Shown: one piece after another, positions 12,630 to 24,900 of the stretch
Position numbering within the stretch: the first letter of the stretch is position 1
Layout of the letters: the number at the start of each line of letters is the position of its first letter
DNA from: Eledone cirrhosa
Lineage: Eukaryota
Length of the DNA stretch: 64,000 nucleotides
Direction: 5' to 3'
Assembly (NCBI GenBank): GCA_964016885.1
Contig: OZ024741.1
Coordinates: forward strand, 410,936,001-411,000,000
Translations under genes and position numbers: made by a program
Notes under the pieces: model-generated
Databases searched by the model: none
Seen by the model: only the letters and a program-made list of their open reading frames with translations
What the model was told of the DNA's origin: nothing

Positions 12630-15020
12630 TTAAAGGATGCAGGGTCTCGACAGCTAACAACTGATGCAGGTAGTTCGTTCCATGGAGGTTTTAAAGGATG
12701 CAGTGTCTCGGCAGCTAACAACTGATGCAGGTAGTTTGTTCCATGGAGGTTTTAAAGGATGCAGTGTCTTGACAGCTAATAACTGATGCAGGTAGTTTGT
12801 TCCATGGAGGTTTTAAAGGATGCAGTGTCTCGACAGCTAACAACTCATGCAGGTAGTTTGTTCCATGGAGGTTTTAAAGGATGCAGTGTCTTGACAGCTA
12901 ACTACTGATGCAGATAGTTTGTTCCATAGAGGTTTTAAAGGATGCAGTGTCTCGGCAGCTAACAACTGATGCAGGTAGTTTGTTCCATAGAGGTTTTAAA
13001 GGATGCAGTGTCTCGACAGCTAACAACTGATGCAGGTAGTTTGTTCCATGGAGGTTTTAAAGGAGGCAGTGTCTCGGCAGCTAACAACTGATGCAGGTAG
13101 TTTGTTCCATGGAGGTTTTAAAGGATGCAGTGTCTCGGCAGCTAACAACTGATGCAGGTAGTTTGCTCCATAGAGGTTTTAAAGGAGGCAGTGTCTCGGC
13201 AGCTAACAACTGATGCAGGTAGTTTGTTCCCTGGAGGTTTTAAAGGATGCAGTGTCTTGACAGCTAACAACTGATGCAGGTAGTTTGTTCCATGGAGGTT
13301 TTAAAGGATGCAGTGTCTTGACAGCTAATAACTGATGCAGGTAGTTTGTTCCATGGAGGTTTTAAGGGATGCAGTGTCTTGACAGCTAATAACTGATGCA
13401 GGTAGTTTGTTCCATCGAGGTTTTAAAGGATGCAGTGTCTCGACAGCTAACAACTGATGCAGGTAGTTTGTTCCATGGAGGTTTAAAAAGATGCAGTGTC
13501 TCGACAGCTAACAACTGATGCAGGTAGTTTGTTCCATGGAGGTTTTAAAAGATGTAGTGTCTCGACAGCTAACAACTGATGCAGGTAGTTTGTTCCATTG
13601 AGGTTTTAAAGGATGCAGTGTCTTGACAGCTATCAACTGATGCAGGTAGTTTGTTCCATGGAGGTTTTAAAGGAGGCAGTGTCTCGGCAGCTAACAACTG
13701 ATGCATGTAGTTTGTTCCATGGAGGTTTTAAAGGATGCAGTGTCTTGACAGCTATCAACTGATGCAGGTAGTTTGTTCCATGGAGGTTTTAAAGGATGCA
13801 GTGTCTCGACAGCTAACAACTGATGCAGGTAGTTTGTTCCATGGAGGTTTAAAAAGATGCAGTGTCTCGACAGCTAACAACTGATGCAGGTAGTTTGTTC
13901 GGTGGAGGTTTTAAAGGAGGCAGTGTCTCGGCAACTAACAACTGATGCAGGTAGTTTGTTCCATGGAGGTTTTAAAGGATGCAGTGTCTCGGCAGCTAAC
14001 AACTGATGCAGGTAGTTTGTTCCATGGAGGTTTTAAAGGATGCAGTGTCTTGACAGCTAATAACTGATGCAGGTAGTTTGTTCCATGGAGGTTTTAAAGG
14101 ATGCAGGGTCTCGACAGCTAACAACTGATGCAGGTAGTTCGTTCCATGGAGGTTTTAAAGGATGCAGTGTCTCGGCAGCTAACAACTGATGCAGGTAGTT
14201 TGTTCCATGGAGGTTTTAAAGGATGCAGTGTCTTGACAGCTAATAACTGATGCAGGTAGTTTGTTCCATGGAGGTTTTAAAGGATGCAGTGTCTCGACAG
14301 CTAACAACTCATGCAGGTAGTTTGTTCCATGGAGGTTTTAAAGGATGCAGTGTCTTGACAGCTAACTACTGATGCAGGTAGTTTGTTCCATAGAGGTTTT
14401 AAAGGATGCAGTGTCTCGGCAGCTAACAACTGATGCAGGTAGTTTGTTCCATAGAGGTTTTAAAGGATGCAGTGTCTCGACAGCTAACAACTGATGCAGG
14501 TAGTTTGTTCCATGGAGGTTTTAAAGGAGGCAGTGTCTCGGCAGCTAACAACTGATGCAGGTAGTTTGTTCCATGGAGGTTTTAAAGGATGCAGTGTCTC
14601 GGCAGCTAACAACTGATGCAGGTAGTTTGCTCCATAGAGGTTTTAAAGGAGGCAGTGTCTCGGCAGCTAACAACTGATGCAGGTAGTTTGTTCCCTGGAG
14701 GTTTTAAAGGATGCAGTGTCTTGACAGCTAACAACTGATGCAGGTAGTTTGTTCCATGGAGGTTTTAAAGGATGCAGTGTCTTGACAGCTAATAACTGAT
14801 GCAGGTAGTTTGTTCCATGGAGGTTTTAAGGGATGCAGTGTCTTGACAGCTAATAACTGATGCAGGTAGTTTGTTCCATCGAGGTTTTAAAGGATGCAGT
14901 GTCTCGACAGCTAACAACTGATGCAGGTAGTTTGTTCCATGGAGGTTTAAAAAGATGCAGTGTCTCGACAGCTAACAACTGATGCAGGTAGTTTGTTCCA
15001 TGGAGGTTTTAAAAGATGTA
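12630..15020. repeat. Block duplication with a 24-monomer offset
   Basis: AGGGTCTC occurs at 12641 and 14105, and the CTCATGC variant base at 12846 and 14310. Both offsets are 1464 = 24x61. Confidence 0.85.
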
Positions 15021-18000
15021 GTGTCTCGACAGCTAACAACTGACGCAGGTAGTTTGTTCCATGGAGGTTTTAAAGTATGCAGTGTCTCGACAGCTAACAA
15101 CTGATGCAGGTAGTTTGTTCCATGGAGGTTTTAAAGGATGCAGTGTCTCGGCAGCTAACAACTGATGCAGGTAGTTTGTTCCATGGAGGTTTTAAAGGAT
15201 GCAGTGTCTCGGCAGCTAACAACTGATGCACGTAGTTTGTTCCATGGAGGTTTTAAAGGATGCAGTGTCTCGACAGCTAACAACTGATACAGGTAGTTTG
15301 TTCCATGGAGGTTTTAAAGGAGGCAGTGTCTCGGCAGTTAACAACTGATGCAGGTAGTTTGTTCCATGGAGGTTTTAAAGGATGCAGTGTCTCGGCAACT
15401 AACAACTGATGCAGGTAGTTTGTTCCATGGAGGTTTTAAAGGATGCAGTGTCTCGGCAGCTAACAACTGATGCAGGTAGTTTGTTCCATGGAGGTTTTAA
15501 AGGATGCAGTGTCTTGACAGCTAACAACTGATGCAGGTAGTTTCTTCCATGGAGGTTTTAAAGGATGCAGTGTCTTGACAGCTAACAACTGATGCAGGTA
15601 GTTTGTTCCATAGAGGTTTTAAAGGATGCAGTGTCTCGGCAGCTAACAACTGATGCAGGTAGTTTGTTCCATAGAGGTTTTAAAGGATGCAGTGTCTCGA
15701 CAGCTAACAACTGATGCAGGTAGTTTGTTCCATAGAGGTTTTAAAGGATGCAGTGTCTCGGCAGCTAACAACTGATGCAGGTAGTTTGTTCCATAGAGGT
15801 TTTAAAGGATGCAGTGTCACGACAGCTAACAACTGATGCAGGTAGTTTGTTCCATGGAGGTTTTAAAGGAGGCAGTGTCACAGCAGCTAACAACTGATGC
15901 AGGTAGTTTGTTCCATGGAGGTTTTAAAGGATGCAGTGTCTCGGCAGCTAACAACTGATGCAGGTAGTTTGCTCCATGGAGGTTTTAAAGGAGGCAGTGT
16001 CTCGACAGCTAACAACTGATGCAGGTAGTTTGTTCCATGGAGGTTTTAAAGGAGGCAGTGTCACAGCAGCTAACAACTGATGCAGGTAGTTTGTTCCATG
16101 GAGGTTTTAAAGGATGCAGTGTCTCGGCAGCTAACAACTGATGCAGGTAGTTTGTTCCATGGAGGTTTTAAAGGATGCAGTGTCTTGACAGCTAATAACT
16201 GATGCAGGTAGTTTGTTCCATGGAGGTTTTAAAGGATGCAGTGTCTCGACAGCTAACAACTGATGCAGGTAGTTTGTTCCATGGAGGTTTTAAAGGAGGC
16301 AGTGTCACAGCAGCTAACAACTGATGCAGGTAGTTTGTTCCATGGAGGTTTTAAAGGATGCAGTGTCTCGGCAGCTAACAACTGATGCAGGTAGTTTGCT
16401 CCATGGAGGTTTTAAAGGAGGCAGTGTCTCGACAGCTAACTACTGATGCAGGTAGTTTGTTCCATAGAGGTTTTAAAGGATGCAGTGTCTCGGCAGCTAA
16501 CAACTGATGCAGGTAGTTTGTTCCATAGAGGTTTTAAAGGATGCAGTGTCTCGACAGCTAACAACTGATGCAGGTAGTTTGTTCCATGGAGGTTTTAAAG
16601 GAGGCAGTGTCTCGGCAGCTAACAACTGATGCAGGTAGTTTGTTCCATGGAGGTTTTAAAGGATGCAGTGTCTCGGCAGCTAACAACTGATGCAGGTAGT
16701 TTGCTCCATAGAGGTTTTAAAGGAGGCAGTGTCTCGGCAGCTAACAACTGATGCAGGTAGTTTGTTCCATGGAGGTTTTAAAAGATGTAGTGTCTCGACA
16801 GCTAACAACTGATGCAGGTAGTTTGCTCCATGGAGGTTTTAAAGGAGGCAGTGTCTCGACAGCTAACAACTGATGCAGGTAGTTTGTTCCATGGAGGTTT
16901 TAAAGGAGGCAGTGTCTCGGCAGCTAACAACTGATGCAGGTAGTTTGTTCCATGGAGGTTTTAAAGGATGCAGTGTCTCGGCAGCTAACAACTGATGCAG
17001 GTAGTTTGTTCCATGGAGGTTTTAAAGGATGCAGTGTCTCGGCAGCTAACAACTGATGCAGGTAGTTTGTTCCATGGAGGTTTTAAAGGATGCAGTGTCT
17101 CGACAGCTAACAACTGATGCAGGTAGTTTGTTCCATGGAGGTTTTAAAGGAGGCAGTGTCTCGGCAGCTAACAACTGATGCAGGTAGTTTGTTCCATGGA
17201 GGTTTTAAAGGATGCAGTGTCTCGGCAACTAACAACTGATGCAGGTAGTTTGTGCCATGGAGGTTTTAAAGGATGCAGTGTCTCGGCAGCTAACAACTGA
17301 TGCAGGTAGTTTGTTCCATGGAGGTTTTAAAGGATGCAGTGTCTTGACAGCTAACAACTGATGCAGGTAGTTTCTTCCATGGAGGTTTTAAAGGATGCAG
17401 TGTCTCGACAGCTAATAACTGATGCAGGTAGTTTGTTCCATGGAGGTTTTAAAGGATGCAGTGTCTCGACAGCTAGCAACTGATGCAGGTAGTTTGTTCC
17501 ATGGAGGTTTTAAAGGATGCAGTGTCTCGACAGCTAACAACTGATGCATTTAGTTTGTTCCATGGAGGTTTTAAAGGATGCAGTGTCTCGACAGCTAACA
17601 ACTGATGCAGGTAGTTTGTTCCATGGAGGTTTTAAAGGATGCAGTGTCTCGACAGCTAACAACTGATGCAGGTAGTTTGTTCCATGGAGGTTTTAAAGTA
17701 AGCAGTGTCTCGACAGCTAACAACTGATGCAGGTAGTTTGTTCCATGGAGGTTTTAAAGGATGCAGTGTCTTGACAGCTAATAACTGATGCAGGTAGTTT
17801 GTTCCATGGAGGTTTTAAGGGATGCAGTGTCTTGACAGCTAATAACTGATGCAGGTAGTTTGTTCCATGGAGGTTTTAAAGGATGCAGTGTCTCGACAGC
17901 TAACAACTGATGCAGGTAGTTTGTTCCATGGAGGTTTTAAAAGATGCAGTGTCTCGACAGCTAACAACTGATGCAGGTAGTTTGTTCCATGGAGGTTTTA

Positions 18001-18360
18001 AAGGATGCAGTGTCTCCACAGCTAACAACTGATGCAGGTAGTTTGTTCCATGGAGGTTTTAAAGGATGCAGTGTCTTGACAGCTAATAACTGATGCAGGT
18101 AGTTTGTTCCATGGAGGTTTTAAAGGATGTAGTGTCTCGACAGCTAACAACTGACGCAGGTAGTTTGTTCCATGGATGTTTTAAAGGATGCAGTGTCTCG
18201 ACAGCTAACAACTGATGCAGGTAGTTTGTTCCATGGAGGTTTTAAAGGATGCAGTGTCTTGACAGCTAATAACTGATGCAGGTAGTTTGTTCCATGGAGG
18301 TTTTAAGGGATGCAGTGTCTTGACAGCTAATAACTGATGCAGATAGTTTGTTCCATGGAG
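14150..18360. repeat. Distal copy of the block at about 60-4240 (231-monomer offset)
   Basis: The CTCATGC variant is at 219 and 14310, and the TGATACA variant at 1198 and 15289. Both offsets are 14091 = 231x61. CCCTGG, CCATCG and CAGTTAA markers follow in the same order. Confidence 0.85.
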
Positions 18361-19998
18361 GTTTTAAAGAATGCAGTGTCTCGACAGCTAACAACTGATG
18401 CAGGTGGTTTGTTCCATGGAGGTTTTAAAGGAGGCAGTGTCTCGGCAGCTAATAACTAATGCAGGTAGCTTGTTCCATGGAGGTTTTAAAGGAGGCAGTG
18501 TCTCGGCAGCTAACAACTGATGGAGGTAGTTTGTTCCATGGAGGTTTTAAAGGATGCAGTGTCTCGACAGCTAACAACTGATGCAGGGTGTTTGTTCCAT
18601 GGAGGTTTTAAAGGATGCAGTGTCTTGGCAGCTAACAACTGATGCAGGTAGTTTGTTCCATGGAGGTTTTAAAGTAAGCAGTGTCTCGACAGCTAACAAC
18701 TGATGCAGGTAGTTTGTTCCATGGAGGTTTTAAAGGATGCAGTGTCTTGACAGCTAATAACTGATGCAGGTAGTTTGTTCCATGGAGGTTTTAAGGGATG
18801 CAGTGTCTTGACAGCTAATAACTGATGCAGGTAGTTTGTTCCATGGAGGTTTTAAAGGAGGCAGTGTCTCGGCAGCTAACAACTGATGCAGGTAGTTTGT
18901 TCCATGGAGGTTTTAAAGGATGCAGTGTCTTGACAGCTATCAACTGATGCAGGTAGTTTGTTCCATGGAGGTTTTAAAGGATGCAGTGTCTCGACAGCTA
19001 ACAACTGATGCAGGTAGTTTGTTCCATGGAGGTTTTAAAGGAGGCAGTGTCTTGACAGCTAACAACTGATGCAGGTAGTTTGTTCGGTGGAGGTTTTAAA
19101 GGAGGCAGTGTCTCGGCAACTAACAACTGATGCAGGTAGTTTGTTCCATGGAGGTTTTAAAGGATGCAGTGTCTCGACAGCTAACAACTGATGCAGGTAG
19201 TTTGTTCCATGGAGGTTTTAAAGGAGGCAGTGTCTCGGCAGCTAACAACTGATGCAGGTAGTTTGTTCCATGGAGGTTTTAAAGGATGCAGTGTCTCGGC
19301 AGCTAACAACTGATGCAGGTAGTTTGCTCCATAGAGGTTTTAAAGGAGGCAGTGTCTCGGCAGCTAACAACTGATGCAGGTAGTTTGTTCCATGGAGGTT
19401 TTAAAGGATGCAGTGTCTTGACAGCTAACAACTGATGCAGGTAGTTTGTTCCATGGAGGTTTTAAAGGATGCAGTGTCTTGACAGCTAATATCTGATGCA
19501 GGTAGTTTGTTCCATGGAGGTTTTAAGGGATGCAGTGTCTTGACAGCTAATAACTGATGCAGGTAGTTTGTTCCATCGAGGTTTTAAAGGATGCAGTGTC
19601 TCGACAGCTAACAACTGATGCAGGTAGTTTGTTCGATGGAGGTTTAAAAAGATGCCGTGTCTCGACAGCTAACAACTGATGCAGGTAGTTTGTTCCATGG
19701 AGGTTTTAAAGGATGCAGTGTCTCGACAGCTAACAACTGATGCACGTAGTTTGCTCCATGGAGGTTTTAAAGGATGCAGTGTCTCGACAGCTAACAACTG
19801 ATGCAGGTAGTTTGTTCCATGGTGGTTTTAAAGGATGCAGTGTCTTGACAGCTAACAACTGATGCAGGTAGTTTGTTCCATGGAGGTTTTAAAGGATGCA
19901 GTGTCTCGACAGCTAACAACTGATGCAGGTAGTTTGTTCCATGGAGGTTTTAAAGGATGCAGTGTCTCGACAGCTAACAACTGATGCAGTTAGTTTGT

Positions 19999-20001
19999 TC
20001 A
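19999..20001. other. 1-bp deletion giving a 60-bp monomer (TTGTTCATGG instead of TTGTTCCATGG)
   Basis: Directly visible; the register shifts by one base downstream. Confidence 0.93.
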
Positions 20002-21999
20002 TGGAGGTTTTAAAGGATGCAGTGTCTCGACAGCTAACAACTGATGCAGGTAGTTTGTTCCATGGAGGTTTTAAAGGATGCAGTGTCTCGACAGCTAACA
20101 ACTGATGTAGGTAGTTTGTTCCATGGTGGTTTTAAAGGATGCAGTGTCTTGACAGCTAATAACTGATGCAGGTAGTTTGTTCCATGGAGGTTTTAAAGGA
20201 TGCAGTGTCTCGACATCTAACAACTGATGCAGGTAGTTTGTTCCATGGAGGTTTTAAAGGATGCAGTGTCTCGACAGCTAACAACTGATGCAGTTAGTTT
20301 GTTCCATGGAGGTTTTAAAGGATGCAGTGTCTCGACAGCTAACAACTGATGCAGGTAGTTTGTTCCATGGAGGTTTTAAAGGATGCAGTGTTTCGACACC
20401 TAACAACTGATGCAGGTAGTTTGTTCCATGGAGGTTTTAAAGGATGCAGTGTCTCGACAGCTAACAACTGATGCATTTAGTTTGTTCCATGGAGGTTTTA
20501 AAGGATGCAGTGTCTCGACAGCTAACAACTGATGCAGGTAGTTTGTTCCATGGAGGTTTTAAAGGATGCAGTGTCTCGACAGCTAACAACTGATGCAGGT
20601 AGTTTGTTCCATGGAGGTTTTAAAGGATGCAGTGTCTCGACAGCTAACAACTGATGCATTTAGTTTGTTCCATGGAGGTTTTAAAGGATGCAGTGTCTCG
20701 ACAGCTAACAACTGATGCAGGTAGTTTGTTCCATGGAGGTTTTAAAGGATGCAGTGTCTCGACAGCTAACAACTGATGCAGGTAGTTTGTTCCATGGAGG
20801 TTTTAAAGGATGCAGTGTCTCGACAGCTAACAACTGATGCATTTAGTTTGTTCCATGGAGGTTTTAAAGGATGCAGTGTCTCGACAGCTAACAACTGATG
20901 CAGGTAGTTTGTTCCATGGAGGTTTTAAAGGATGCAGTGTCTCGACAGCTAACAACTGATGCAGGTAGTTTGTTCCATGGAGGTTTTAAAGGATGCAGTG
21001 TCTCGACAGCTAACAACTGATGCAGGTAGTTTGTTCCATGGAGGTTTTAAAGGATGCAGTGTCTCGACAGCTAACAACTGATGCAGTTAGTTTGTTCCAT
21101 GGAGGTTTTAAAGGATGCAGTGTCTCGACAGCTAACAACTGATGCACGTAGTTTGCTCCATGGAGGTTTTAAAGGATGCAGTGTCTCGACAGCTAACAAC
21201 TGATGCAGGTAGTTTGTTCCATGGTGGTTTTAAAGGATGCAGTGTCTTGACAGCTAATAACTGATGCAGGTAGTTTGTTCCATGGAGGTTTTAAAGGATG
21301 CAGTGTCTCGACAGCTAACAACTGACGCAGGTAGTTTGTTCCATGGATGTTTTAAAGGATGCAGTGTCTCGACAGCTAACAACTGATGCAGGTAGTTTGT
21401 TCCATGGAGGTTTTAAAGGATGCAGTGTCTTGACAGCTAATAACTGATGCAGGTAGTTTGTTCCATGGAGGTTTTAAGGGATGCAGTGTCTTGACAGCTA
21501 ATAACTGATGCAGATAGTTTGTTCCATGGAGGTTTTAAAGAATGCAGTGTCTCGACAGCTAACAACTGATGCAGGTGGTTTGTTCCATGGAGGTTTTAAA
21601 GGAGGCAGTGTCTCGGCAGCTAATAACTAATGCAGGTAGCTTGTTCCATGGAGGTTTTAAAGGAGGCAGTGTCTCGGCAGCTAACAACTGATGGAGGTAG
21701 TTTGTTCCATGGAGGTTTTAAAGGATGCAGTGTCTCGACAGCTAACAACTGATGCAGGGTGTTTGTTCCATGGAGGTTTTAATGGATGCAGTGTCTTGGC
21801 AGCTAACAACTGATGCAGGTAGTTTGTTCCATGGAGGTTTTAAGGGATGCAGTGTCTTGACAGCTAATAACTGATGCAGGTAGTTTGTTCCATGGAGGTT
21901 TTAAAGGATGCAGTGTCTCGACAGCTAACAACTGATGCAGGTAGTTTGTTCCATGGAGGTTTTAAAAGATGCAGTGTCTCGACAGCTAACAACTGATGC

Positions 22000-24900
22000 A
22001 GGTAGTTTGCTCCATAGAGGTTTTAAAGGAGGCAGTGTCTCGGCAGCTAACAACTGATGCAGGTAGTTTGTTCCATGGAGGTTTTAAAGGAGGCAGTGTC
22101 TCGGCAGCTAACAACTGATGCAGGTAGTTTGTTCCATGGAGGTTTTAAAGGATGCAGTGTCTCGGCAGCTAACAACTGATGCAGGTAGTTTGTTCCATGG
22201 AGGTTTTAAAGGATGCAGTGTCTCGGCAGCTAACAACTGATGCAGGTAGTTTGTTCCATGGAGGTTTTAAAGGATGCAGTGTCTCGACAGCTAACAACTG
22301 ATGCAGGTAGTTTGTTCCATGGAGGTTTTAAAGGAGGCAGTGTCTCGGCAGCTAACAACTGATGCAGGTAGTTTGTTCCATGGAGGTTTTAAAGGATGCA
22401 GTGTCTCGGCAACTAACAACTGATGCAGGTAGTTTGTGCCATGGAGGTTTTAAAGGATGCAGTGTCTCGGCAGCTAACAACTGATGCAGGTAGTTTGTTC
22501 CATGGAGGTTTTAAAGGATGCAGTGTCTTGACAGCTAACAACTGATGCAGGTAGTTTCTTCCATGGAGGTTTTAAAGGATGCAGTGTCTCGACAGCTAAC
22601 AACTGATGCAGGTAGTTTGTTCCATGGAGGTTTTAAAGGATGCAGTGTCTCGACAGCTAACAACTGATGCAGGTAGTTTGTTCCATGGAGGTTTTAAAGT
22701 AAGCAGTGTCTCGACAGCTAACAACTGATGCAGGTAGTTTGTTCCATGGAGGTTTTAAAGGATGCAGTGTCTTGACAGCTAATAACTGATGCAGGTAGTT
22801 TGTTCCATGGAGGTTTTAAGGGATGCAGTGTCTTGACAGCTAATAACTGATGCAGGTAGTTTGTTCCATGGAGGTTTTAAAGGATGCAGTGTCTCGACAG
22901 CTAACAACTGATGCAGGTAGTTTGTTCCATGGAGGTTTTAAAAGATGCAGTGTCTCGACAGCTAACAACTGATGCAGGTAGTTTGTTCCATGGAGGTTTT
23001 AAAGGATGCAGTGTCTCCACAGCTAACAACTGATGCAGGTAGTTTGTTCCATGGAGGTTTTAAAGGATGCAGTGTCTTGACAGCTAATAACTGATGCAGG
23101 TAGTTTGTTCCATGGAGGTTTTAAAGGATGTAGTGTCTCGACAGCTAACAACTGACGCAGGTAGTTTGTTCCATGGATGTTTTAAAGGATGCAGTGTCTC
23201 GACAGCTAACAACTGATGCAGGTAGTTTGTTCCATGGAGGTTTTAAAGGATGCAGTGTCTTGACAGCTAATAACTGATGCAGGTAGTTTGTTCCATGGAG
23301 GTTTTAAGGGATGCAGTGTCTTGACAGCTAATAACTGATGCAGATAGTTTGTTCCATGGAGGTTTTAAAGAATGCAGTGTCTCGACAGCTAACAACTGAA
23401 GCAGGTGGTTTGTTCCATGGAGGTTTTAAAGGAGGCAGTGTCTCGGCAGCTAATAACTAATGCAGGTAGCTTGTTCCATGGAGGTTTTAAAGGAGGCAGT
23501 GTCTCGGCAGCTAACAACTGATGGAGGTAGTTTGTTCCATGGAGGTTTTAAAGGATGCAGTGTCTCGACAGCTAACAACTGATGCAGGGTGTTTGTTCCA
23601 TGGAGGTTTTAATGGATGCAGTGTCTTGGCAGCTAACAACTGATGCAGGTAGTTTGTTCCATGGAGGTTTTAAAGTAAGCAGTGTCTCGACAGCTAACAA
23701 CTGATGCAGGTAGTTTGTTCCATGGAGGTTTTAAAGGATGCAGTGTCTTGACAGCTAATAACTGATGCAGGTAGTTTGTTCCATGGAGGTTTTAAGGGAT
23801 GCAGTGTCTTGACAGCTAATAACTGATGCAGGTAGTTTGTTCCATGGAGGTTTTAAAGGATGCAGTGTCTCGACAGCTAACAACTGATGCAGGTAGTTTG
23901 TTCCATGGAGGTTTTAAAAGATGCAGTGTCTCGACAGCTAACAACTGATGCAGGTAGTTTGTTCCATGGAGGTTTTAAAAGATGTAGTGTTTCGACAGCT
24001 AACAACTGACGCAGGTAGTTTGTTCCATGGGGGTTTTAAAGGATGCAGTGTCTCGACAGCTAACAACTGATGCAGGTAGTTTGTTCCATGGAGGTTTTAA
24101 AGGAGGCAGTGTCTCGGCAGCTAACAACTGATGCAGGTAGCTTGTTCCATGGAGGTTTTAAAGGATGCAGTGTCTTGACAGCTATCAACTGATGCAGGTA
24201 GTTTGTTCCATGGAGGTTTTAAAGGATGCAGTGTCTCGACAGCTAACAACTGATGCAGGTAGTTTGTTCCATGGAGGTTTTAAAGGAGGCAGTGTCTTGA
24301 CAGCTAACAACTGATGCAGGTAGTTTGTTCGGTGGAGGTTTTAAAGGAGGCAGTGTCTCGGCAACTAACAACTGATGCAGGTAGTTTGTTCCATGGAGGT
24401 TTTAAAGGATGCAGTGTCTCGGCAGCTAACAACTGATGCAGGTAGTTTGTTCCATGGAGGTTTTAAAGGATGCAGTGTCTCGACAGCTAACAACTGATGC
24501 AGGTAGTTTGTTCCATGGAGGTTTTAAAGGAGGCAGTGTCTCGGCAGCTAACAACTGATGCAGGTAGTTTGTTCCATGGAGGTTTTAAAGGATGCAGTGT
24601 CTCGGCAGCTAACAACTGATGCAGGTAGTTTGCTCCATAGAGGTTTTAAAGGAGGCAGTGTCTCGGCAGCTAACAACTGATGCAGGTAGTTTGTTCCATG
24701 GAGGTTTTAAAGGAGGCAGTGTCTCGGCAGCTAACAACTGATGCAGGTAGTTTGTTCCATGGAGGTTTTAAAGGATGCAGTGTCTCGGCAGCTAACAACT
24801 GATGCAGGTAGTTTGTTCCATGGAGGTTTTAAAGGATGCAGTGTCTCGGCAGCTATCAACTGATGCAGGTAGTTTGTTCCATGGAGGTTTTAAAGGATGC

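Noticed and set aside
19913-20105. ORFs of 62 aa (- strand) and 60 aa (+ strand)
   Set aside because: Because 61 is not divisible by 3, every frame meets a stop within about three monomers. These ORFs only pass the length cutoff because of the 1-bp deletion at about 20000, and they are translations of the satellite.
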